A stretch of 64,000 nucleotides of DNA from Owenia fusiformis (lineage: Eukaryota): contig CAIIXF020000001.1 in assembly GCA_903813345.2 (NCBI GenBank), positions 24,676,001 through 24,740,000 of the forward strand. Direction: 5' to 3'. A model generated the notes under the pieces. It was not told where the DNA came from and did no database searches. It saw only the letters and a program-made list of their open reading frames with translations. Numbering within the stretch: the first letter of the stretch is position 1; every line of letters begins with the position of its first letter. Below are positions 52,836-64,000 of the stretch, in pieces. The translations under genes and the position numbers were made by a program.

Positions 52836-55060
52836 ATTGAGCTCTATGTTAATTTATCAATCTTCAAAAGACTCCCTGCAGTACAGTTCTAGAGAAATAA
52901 TATACATATTCCCAGGATGTTACAATAACCTGAGTATCTTCAAAATAAGAAGGGTAAGATTTTTCTTTCTCCTTTCCAAAGATATTGGCGTTTGAACTTT
53001 GGAAATTCCCCATTGGCTGCCATTATAAACGGCTATCAATATGGCTTTACTAAAGTGTCCATTTCTCAAAAAGTCCACTGTGGAATTTTCTAATAGTGCG
53101 TATAGCTATAGTTAATATATTGATTTAAAAAAATCAAACAGGTACATTTCTAAAAATTTCTTATTTTTCGTATATTTAGCCGTTAAAAACTATAAGAACC
53201 TATATTGAGCCCCATGTTAATTTATCAATCATCAATAGACCCCATGCAGAACAGTTTTAGAGTAATGATGCCCATTCTCTCAGTATATTACAATAACATG
53301 ATTATCTTCAAAATAAGAAGGGTTAACGTTTTTTCTTTTACTTCGTTCCAAAGATATTTGCCTTTGAATTTTCAAAAATTCCCATTTGCTGCCATTATAA
53401 ACCGCTATCAATATGGCTTTACTAAAGTATCCTTTTTTCAAAAAGTCCACTATGGAATTTTCGTATATTGTAGATTTGTATAGTTAATATGTTGTTTTAA
53501 AAAAAATCAAACAGGTACCTTTCTGAAAAGTTCTTATTTTTAAATTTTAGCCATTTAGTTGAAGATTGATAAAGTAAATGTATAAAAAATAAATTCAGAA
53601 ATGTGCCCGTTTGATTTTTTAAAATCAACATATTAATTATAGAAATCTACAATTATTAGAAAATTCCAAAGTGGACTTTTTGAGAAAATGACACTTTAGT
53701 AAAGCCACATTGATAGCCGTTTATAATGGCAACCAATGTTTTTTCCAAAATTCAAACGTCAATATCTTTGGAACTAGGCAAAAGAAAAATTAATCCTTTT
53801 TATATTGAAGAGAATTGTGTTATTGTAACATCCTAGGAATATGGGCTTTATCACTTTTGAACTGCTCTGCAGGGGGTCTTTTGAAGAATGATGAATTAAC
53901 ACTGGGCTCAATATAATTTTCAACGGATAAATATATCAAAATAGGGAATTTTTAGAAATGTGTCTGTTTATTTTTTTGAAATTAATATATTTATCATAGA
54001 AATCTACAATATTAAAAATTCCAAAGTGTACATTTTGAGAAAAGGTAGTAAAGCCAAACATATTGATAGCGGTTTGGCAACCTTTGCTCCCCCATTGAAC
54101 TACGTGTTAGAGCCTCTTAACGTTTGAATTTTTATTTTTTATTTATAATTACTTACTCTGCGATAAAACTACTTATAATATTAATGGAAACGTAACTTGA
54201 CTTTATTTCCAATCCCTCCAAATTTTCCCAATCTTTTCTTGAAGAACAACTGGTCGAAAATTGATGATAAAGATGAATTTTTGAAAATCGTCATTCCCAT
54301 GTAAACCAAACTTATGGAGGGGAGTGTAAGATCCTAGGAATATGGGCTTCATCACTTTCGAATTGCTCTGCAGGCGGTCTTTTGAAGATTGATATATTAA
54401 CATGCGGCTCAACATAGAATTTTATAGTTTTTAACAGCTGGCTATATGAGAAATAAGAAATTCACAGAACCTGTTTGTTTTTTTAGAAATACACAATACT
54501 AGAAAATTGCATAGTTGACTTTTTGAGAAAAAGACACTTTAGTAAAGCCATATTGATAGCCGTTTATAATGGGAGCTAATGGGGAATTTAAATTCAAATA
54601 CAAATATCTTTGGAACTAGGTAAATGGAAAAATTGAACCCTTCCTATTTTGAAGATAATATTGTTATTGTTACATCCTAGGAGTATGGGCTTTATCACTT
54701 TTGAACTGTTCTGCAGGTGGTCTTTTGAAGATTGATAAATTAACATGTGGCCCAATCTAGGTGTTTCATAGTTTCTTTTTATATATCTTTGGAACTACGT
54801 AAAAGAAATTATAAAGAATTAACCCTTCTCATTGTGAAGATAATCATGTTATTGTAACATACTAGGAGAATGGGCATTATTACTCTAAAACTGTTCTGCA
54901 GGGGGTCTTAGCTAATTATATCAAAAATTAGAAATGAAATTTTTAGAAATGTACCTGTTTGATTTTTTTTTTAAATCAATATATAAACAATAGAAATCTG
55001 CAATATTAGAAAATTTTACAGTGGACCTTTTGAGAAAAGAACACTTTAGCAAAGCCATAT
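52836..55060. repeat. Intronic array of ~370-bp units: two forward copies, then several full or partial reverse copies (foldback arrangement)
   Basis: Forward units start at 52836 and 53204 (spacing 368) and carry CTATCAATATGGCTTTACTAAAGT. The reverse form ACTTTAGTAAAGCCA(T/C)ATTGATAG and variants appear near 53693, 54050, 54536 and 55042. Confidence 0.8.
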
Positions 55061-55604
55061 ATATTGCAGTTGTTTCAGTAACTTGTTGTACAAGAGGCAG
55101 ATGAAAAATAGAAGAAGCGGCATTATAAAATAACCAATTTTACGCTCCCGCAATGCAAATTCTTGTTGTCCATGGACCCTGGGGCTGACCGATAATAAAC
55201 ATATGAACTAGGGCATGGGCAGGCTTTGCCAACAATAATATCAACATTTGATATGCATAATATTTCAAAGAAAATGCATCTGAAATCCAGTCGATCAAAG
55301 TTTTGAACATTGAATCCTATTGAGAGGTGGTTTAAAAGATGTCATGGATTTTACTTTTTGCATATTTGTCAAAGTCGTTTCCACGTGTGGTATTTTCAAT
55401 TGGATTGATCACAAGACATGGGATACACAAAATAACACCTGAAACTGTGGAATGTCTAAGGCAACTTATATAGAATGTCATTTACCTTTTTATAAGATAA
55501 TTTACCCTTACACAGGTTGCATTTTACAAATGCAAATACACCTGTTGAATTGCACACTTTTAATATGGAATGCAACATGTATATATATTAATTTATATTG
55601 AAAG

Positions 55605-58600
55605 TTACAGTGGCTGACACAACTAATGTGGCTGAAGCAACTACGGCCGATGCTACATCAGTTGATGTTACAACTACAGATGCTGACACAACTACAACTG
55701 ATGCAACAACAACAGTTGCTGATGCGACAACGGCTGATGTTACAACAACAGTAGCTGACTCAACTACAGTGGCTGACACAACTACGGCAGATACTACAGC
55801 AACTGATGCTACAACTGCAGTGGCCGACACAACTACAGCTGATGCTACAACAACAAGTGCTGATGCAAAAACGGCTGGTGTTACAACAACAGTAGCTGAC
55901 ACAACTACAGTGGCTGACGCATCTACGGCAGATACTACAGCAGCTGATGCTACAACTACAGTGGCAGAAACAACTACAACTGATGCTACAACGGCTGCTG
56001 TTACAACAACAGTAGCTGAGACAACTACAGCGGCTGACGTAACTACGGCAGATACTACAGCAGCTGATGCCACAACTATAGTGGCGGACACAACTACAGC
56101 TGATGCTACAACAACAGTTGCTGATGCAAAAACGGCTGATGCTACAACAACAGTTGCTGACACAACTACAGTGGCTGACGCAACTACGGCAGATATTCGA
56201 GCAGCTGATGCTACAACTACAGTGGCTGAGAAAACTTCAGCTGATACTCCAACAACGGTTGCTGATGCAACAACGGCTGATGTTGCAACAACAGTAGCTG
56301 ACAAAACTACAGCGGCTTACGCAACTATGTCAGATACTACAACAACTGATGCTACAACTACAGTGGCTGACACAACTACAGCTGATGTTGCAACAACAGT
56401 AGCTGACAAAACTACAGCGGCTTACGCAACTACGGCAGATACTACAGTAGCTGATGCTACAACTGCAGTGGCCGACACAACTACAGCTGATGCTACAACA
56501 ACAGTTGCTGATGCAACAACGGCTGATGCTACAACAACAGTTGCTGACACAATTACAGTATTTGACGCAACTACGGCTGATACTACAGCAGCTGATGCTA
56601 CAACTACAGTGGCTGACACAACTTTAGCTGATGCTACAACAACAAGTGCTGATGCAGCAACGGCTGGTGTTACAACAACACAAGCTGACACAACTACAGT
56701 GGTTGAAGCATCTACGGCAGATACTGCAGCAGCTGATGCTACAACTACAGTGGCTGACACAACAACAGTTGCTGATGCTACTACAACAGTTGCTGATGCA
56801 ACAACGGCTGATGTTACAACAACAGCAGCAGACACAACTAAAGTGGCTGACGCAACTACGGCATATACTACAGCAGCTGATGCTACAACTACATTGGCTG
56901 ACACAACAACAGTTGCTGTTGCAACAACAGAGGCTCGTGTTACAACAACAGTTCCTGACACAACTACAGTGGCTGACACAACTACAGCTGATGCTACAAC
57001 AACACTTGCTGATGCAAGAACGGCTGACGTTACAACAACAGTAGCTGAGACAACTACAGTGGCTGACGTAACTACGGCAGATACTACAGCAGCTGATGCT
57101 ACAACTACAGTGGCTGACACAACTATAGCTGATGCTACAACAACAAGTGCTGATGCAACAACGGCTGGTGTTACAACAACACAAGCTGACACAACTACAG
57201 AGGTTGAAGCATCTACGGCAGATACTACAGCAGCTGATGCTACAAGTACAGTGGCAGACACAACTACAACTGATGCTACAACCGCTGCTGTTATAACAAC
57301 AGTAGCTAAGACAACTACAGTGGCTGACGCAACTACGGCAGATACTACAGCAGCTGATGCCACAACTACAGTTGCTGCCACAACTACAGCTGATGCTTCA
57401 ACAACAGTTGCTGATGCAACAACGGCTGATGTTACAACAACAGTAGCTGACACAACTGCAGTGGCTGACACAGCTACAGCTGATGCTACAACTACAGTGG
57501 CTGACACAGCTACAGCTGATGCTAAAACAACAGTTGCTGACACAACTACAGTGGCAGACGCAACTACGGCAGATACTACAGCAGCTGATGCTACAACTAC
57601 AGTGGCTGACACAGCTACAGCTGATGCTACAACAACAGTTGCTGATACAACAACGGCTGATGTAACAACAACATTAGCTGACACAACTGCAGTGGCTGAC
57701 GCAACTACGGCAGATTCTACAGCCTCTGATGCTACAACTACAGTGGCTGACACAACTACAGCTGATGCTACAACAACAGTTGCTGATGTTACAACGGCTG
57801 ATGTTACAACTACAGTTGCTGACACAACTACATTGGCTGACGCAACTACGGCAGATACTACAGCAGTTGATGCTACAAGTACAGTGGCTGACACAATTAC
57901 AGCTGATACTACAACAACAGTTGCTGAGGCAACAACGGCTGATGTTACAACAACAGTAGCTGACACAACTACAGTGGCTGAAACAACTATGGCAGATACA
58001 ACAGCAGCTGATGCTACAGGTACAGTGGCTGACACAAATACAGCTGATGCTACAGCAACAGTTGCTGATGCAACAACGGCCGATGTTACAATAACAGTTG
58101 CTGACACAACTACAGTGGCTGACGCAACTACGGCAGATACTACAGCAGCTGATGCTACAAGTACAGTGGCTGACACAACTATAGCTGATGATAAAACCAC
58201 AGTTGCTGATGCAACTGCGGCTGATGTTACAACAACAGTAGCTGACACAACTACAGTGGCTGACGCAACTACGGCAGATACTTCAGCAGCTGATGCTACA
58301 AGTACAGTGGCTGACACAACTACAGCTGATGCTACAACAACAGTTGATGATGCAACAACGGCTGATTTTACAACAACAATAGCGGACACAACTACAGTGG
58401 CTGACGCAACTACGGCAGATACTACAGCAGCTGATGCTACAAGTACAGTGGCTAACACAACTAAAGCTGATGCTACAACAACAGTTGATGATGCAACAAC
58501 GGCTGATGTTACAACAACAATAGCTGACACAACCACAGTGGCTGACGCAACTACGGCAGATACTACAGCAGCTGATGCTACAAGTACAGTGGCTGACACA

Positions 58601-61600
58601 ACTACAGCTGATGCTACAACAACAGTTGCTGACACAACTACAGTGGCTGACGCAACTACGGCAGATACTACAGCAGCTGATGCTACAAGTACAGTGACTG
58701 ACACAACTAAAGCTGATGCTACAACAACAGTTGCTGATGCAACAACAGCTGATGTCACAACAACAGTGGCTGACACAACTACGGCAGATACTACAGCAGC
58801 TGGTGCTACAAGTACAGTGGCCGACACAACTACAGCAGATGTTACAACAACAGTTGCTGATGCAACAACGGCTGATGTTACAACAACAGTTGTTGACACA
58901 ACTATAGTGGCTGATGCAACTACGGCAGATACTACAGCAGCTGATGCTACAAGTACAGTGGCTGACACAACTACACCTGATGCTACAACAACAGTTGCTG
59001 ACACAACTACAGTGGCTGATGCAACTACGGCAGATACTACAGCAGCTGATGCTACAAGTACAGTGGCTGACACAACTACAGCTGGTGCTACAACAACAGT
59101 TGCAGATGCAACAACGGCTGATGTTACAACAACAGTTGTTGACACAACTACAGTGGCTGATGCAACTACGGCAGATACTACAGCAACTGATGCTACAACT
59201 ACAGTGGCTGACACAACTACAGTTGCTGACGCAACTACGGCAGGTACTATAGTAGCTGATGCTACAACTACAGTGGCTGACACAACTACAGCTGATGCTA
59301 CAACAACAGTTGCTGATGCAACAACGGCTGATGTTACAACAACAGTTGCTGACACAACTACAGTGGCTGACGCAACTACGGCAGATACTACAGCAGCTGA
59401 TGCTACAACTACAGTGGCTGACACAACTACAGTGGCTGATGCAACTACGGCAGATACTACAGCAGCTGATGCTACAAGTACAGTGGCTGACACAACTACA
59501 GCTGGTGCTACAACAACAGTTGCAGATGCAACAACGGCTGATGTTACAACAACAGTTGTTGACACAACTACAGTGGCTGATGCAACTACGGCAGATACTA
59601 CAGCAACTGATGCTACAACTACAGTGGCTGACACAACTACAGTTGCTGACGCAACTACGGCAGGTACTATAGTAGCTGATGCTACAACTACAGTGGCTGA
59701 CACAACTACAGCTGATGCTACAACAACAGTTGCTGATGCAACAACGGCTGATGTTACAACAACAGTTGCTGACACAACTACAGTGGCTGACGCAACTACG
59801 GCAGATACTACAGCAGCTGATGCTACAACTACAGTGGCTGACACAACTACAGCTGATGCTACAACAACAGTTGCTGATGCAACAACGGCTGATGTTACAA
59901 CAACAAGAGCTGACACAACTACAGTGGCGGACGCAACTACGGCAGATACTACAGCAGCTGATGCTACAACAACAGTTGCTGATGCAACAACGGCTGATGT
60001 TACAACAACAGTTGATGATGCAACTACAGTGGCTGATGCAACTACGGCAGGTACTACAGCAGCTGATGCTACAACTACAGTGGCTGACACAACTACAGCT
60101 GATGCTACAACAACAGTTGCTGATGCAACAACGGCTGATGTTACAACAACAGTAGCTGACACAACTACAGTGGCTGACGCAACTACGGCAGATACTACAG
60201 CAGCTGATGCTACAAGTACAGTGGCTGACACAACTACAGCCGATGCTACAACAACAGTTGCTGATGCAACAACGGCTGATGTTACAACAACAGTAGCTGA
60301 CACAACTACAGTGGCTGACGCAACTACGGCATATACTACAGTAGCTGTTGCTACAGCTACAGTGGCTGACACAACTACAGCTGATGCTACAACAATAGTT
60401 GATGATGCAACAACGGCTGATGTTACAACAACAGTAGCTGACACAACTACAGTGGCTGACGCAACTACGGCAGATACTACAGCAGCTGATGCTACAACAA
60501 CAGTAGCTGACACAACTACAGTGGCTGACGCAACTACGGCAGATACTACAGTTGCTGATGCAACAACGGCCGATGTTACAACAACATTTGCTGACACAAC
60601 AACAGTGGCTGACGCAACTACGGCAGATACTACAGCAGCTGATGCTACATCTACAGTGGCTGACACAACTACAGCTGATGGTACAACAACAGTTGCTGAT
60701 GCAACAACGGCTGATGTTACAACAACAGTTGCTGACACAACTACAGTGGCTGACGCAACTACGGCAGATACTACAGCAGCTGATGCTACAACCACAGTGG
60801 CTGACACAACTACAGCTGATGCTACAACAACAGTTGCTGATGCAACAACGGCTGATGTTACAACAACAGTAGCTGACACAACTACAGTGGCTGACGCATC
60901 TACGGCAGATACTACAGCAGCTGATGCTACAACTACAGTGGCTGACACAACTACAGCTGATGCTACAACAACAGTTGCTGATGCAACAACGGCTGATGTT
61001 ACAACAACAGTTGCTGACACAACTACAGTTTCTGACGCAACTACGGTAGATACTACAGCAGCTGATGCCACAACTACAGTGGCTGGCACAACTACAGCTG
61101 ATGCTACAACAACAGTTGCTGATGCAACAACGGCTGATGTTACAACAACAGTAGCTGACACAACTACAGTGGCTGACGCAACTACGGCAGATACTACAGC
61201 AGCTGATGCTACAAGTACAGTGGCTGACACAAGTACAGCTGATGCTACAACAACAGTTGATGATGCAACAACTGCTGATGTTACAACAACAATAGCTGAC
61301 ACAACTACAGTGGCTGACACAACTACGGCAGATTCTACAGCAGCTGATGCTACAAGTACAGTGGCTGACACAACTACAGCTGATGCTACAACAACAGTTG
61401 CTGACACAACTACAGTGGCTGACGCAACTACGGCAGATACTACAGCAGCTGATGCTACAACAACAGTGGCTGACGCAACTACGGCAGATACTACAGCATC
61501 CGATGCTACAAGTACATTGGCTGACGCAACTACAGCTGATGCTACAACAACAGTTGCTGACACAACTACAGTGGCTGACGCAACTACGGCAGATACTACA

Positions 61601-64000
61601 GCAGCTGATGCTACAAGTACAGTGGCTGAGACAACTAAAGCTGATGCTACAGCAACAGTTGCTGATGCAACAACGGCTAATGTCACAACAACATTGGCTG
61701 ACACAACTACGGCAGATACTACAGCAGCTGGTGCTACAAGTACAGTGGCCAACACAACTACAGCAGATGTTACAACAACAGTTGCTGATGCAACAACGGC
61801 TGATGTTACAACAACAGTTGTTGACACAACTATAGTGGCTGATGCGACTACGGCAGATACTACAGCAGCTGATGCTACAAGTACAGTGGCTGACACAACT
61901 ACAGCTGATGCTACAACAACATTTGCTGATGCAACAACGGCCGATGTTACAATAACAGTTGCTGACACAACTACAGTGGCTGACGCAACTACGGCAGATA
62001 CTACAGCACCTGATGCTACAACTACAGTGGCTGACACAGCTACAGCTGATGCTACAACAACAGTTGCTGATACAACAACGGCTGATGTAACAACAACATT
62101 AGCTGACACAACTACAGTGGCTGACGCAACTACGGCAGATTCTACAGCCTCTGATGCTACAACAACAGTTGCTGATACAACAACGGCTGATGTAACAACA
62201 ACATTAGCTGACACAACTGCAGTGGCTGATGCAACTACGGCAGATACTACAGTAGCTGATGCTACAAGTACAGTGGCTGACACAAATGCAGCTGATGCTA
62301 CAACAACAGTTGATGATGCAACAACGGCTGATGTTACAACAACAATAGCTGACACAACTACAGTGACTGACGCAACTACGGCAGATACTACAGCAGCTGA
62401 TGCTACAAGTACAGTGGCTGACACAACTACAGCTGATGCTACAACAACAGTTGCTGACACAACTACAGTGGCTGACGCAACTACGGCAGATACTACAGCA
62501 GCTGATGCTACAAGTACAGTGGCTGACACAACTAAAGCTGATGCTACAACAACAGTTGCTGATGCAACAACGGCTGATGTCACAACAACAGTGGCTGACA
62601 CAACTACGGCAGATACTACAGCAGCTGGTGCTACAAGTACAGTGGCCGACACAACTACAGCAGATGTTACAACAACAGTTGCTGATGCAACAACGGCTGA
62701 TGTTACAACAACAGTTGTTGACACAACTATAGTGGCTGATTCAACTACGGCAGATACTACAGCAGCTGATGCTACAAGTACAGTGGCTGACACAACTACA
62801 CCTGATGCTACAACAACAGTTGCTGACACAACTACAGTGGCTGATGCGACTACGGCAGATACTACAGCAGCTGATGCTACAACTACAGTGGCTGACACAA
62901 CTACAGTTGCTGACGCAACTACGGCAGATACTATAGTAGCTGATGCTACAACAACAGTGGCTGACACAACTACAGCTGATGCTACAACAACAGTTGCTGA
63001 TGCAACAACGGCTGATGTTACAACAACAGTTGCTGACACAACTACAGTGGCTGACGCAACTACGGCAGATACTACAGCAGCTGATGCTACAACTACAGTG
63101 GCTGACACAACTACAGCTGATGCTACAACAACAGTTGCTGATGCAACAACGGCTGATGTTACAACAACAAGAGCTGACACAACTACAGTGGCTGACGCAA
63201 CTACGGCAGATACTACAGCAGCTGATGCTACAACAACAGTTGCTGATGCAACAACGGCTGATGTTACAACAACAGTTGCTGATGCAACTACAGTGGCTGA
63301 TGCAACTACGGCAGATACTACAGCAGCTGATGCTACAACTACAGTGGCTGACACAACTACAGCTTATGCTACAACAACAGTTGCTGATGCAACAACGGCC
63401 GATGTTACAATAACAGTTGCTGACACAACTACAATGGCTGACGCAACTACGGCAGATACTACAGCAGCTGATGCTACAACTACAGTGGCTGACACAACTA
63501 CAGCTGATGTTGCAACAACAGTAGCTGACAAAACTACAGCGGCTTACGCAACTACGGCAGATACTACAGTTGCTGATGCAACAACGGCCGATGTTACAAC
63601 AACATTTGCTGACACAACAACAGAGGCTGACGCAACTACGGCAGATACTACAGCAGCTGATGCTACATCTACAGTGGCTGACACAACTACAGCTGATGGT
63701 ACAACAACAGTTGCTGATGCAACAACGGCTGATGTTACAACAACAGTTGCTGACACAACTACAGTGGCTGACGCAACTACGGCAGATACTACAGCAGCTG
63801 ATGCTACAACCACAGTGGCTGACACAACTACAGCTGATGCTACAACAACAGTTGCTGATGCAACAACGGCTGATGTTACAACAACAGTAGCTGACACAAC
63901 TACAGTGGCTGACGCATCTACGGCAGATACTACAGCAGCTGATGCTACAACTACAGTGGCTGACACAACTACAGCTGATGCTACAACAACAGTTGATGAT
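55605..64000 (+). CDS. Exon A4 (partial, >8.3 kb, runs off the window): 47-aa Thr/Ala/Asp/Val repeats
   Basis: The repeat frame (VADTTNVAEATTADATSVD...) begins after AG at 55603-55604 or 55609-55610, both phase 1 and in frame with exon C3. No stop seen before 64000. The antisense shadow ORFs all share one frame, so there is no net frameshift. Confidence 0.85.

Noticed and set aside
8358-63890. Many short Gln/Leu-rich (MLQQQLL...) and Cys/Ser-rich ORFs
   Set aside because: Alternative frames of the same 141-bp repeat, frequently interrupted by stops.
6760-63966. Huge minus-strand Val/Ala/Ser ORFs (3117, 3934, 2310 aa and others)
   Set aside because: Antisense shadows of the repeat: they break wherever the + strand has a variant codon, have no domains and have no splice context. 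The SEA and EGF exons define the + strand.

Overview
Eukaryotic (metazoan, probably invertebrate; the taxon is an inference) genomic DNA, almost all of it the internal part of one giant + strand mucin-like gene that is incomplete at both window ends. Canonical GT-AG splicing joins ten exons into one frame of about 46.7 kb (about 15,500 aa within the window). It is built from a repeated module: a giant 8-15 kb exon of Thr/Ala/Asp/Val tandem repeats (47-aa/141-bp unit) ending in the N-half of a SEA domain, a 220-bp exon with the SEA C-half (F-x-x-G-S-V/I motif), and a 141-bp calcium-binding EGF exon. Three complete modules and the start of a fourth repeat exon are present. Modules 1 and 2 are near-identical, including introns, and the middle giant exon looks like an unequal-crossover chimera. 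The introns hold several non-autonomous DNA transposons with readable TIRs and TSDs (some nested), a palindromic 53-bp minisatellite and a foldback array of ~370-bp units. The huge antisense and alternative-frame ORFs in the track are shadows of the repeat. I saw no prokaryotic features, RNA genes or CRISPR arrays.
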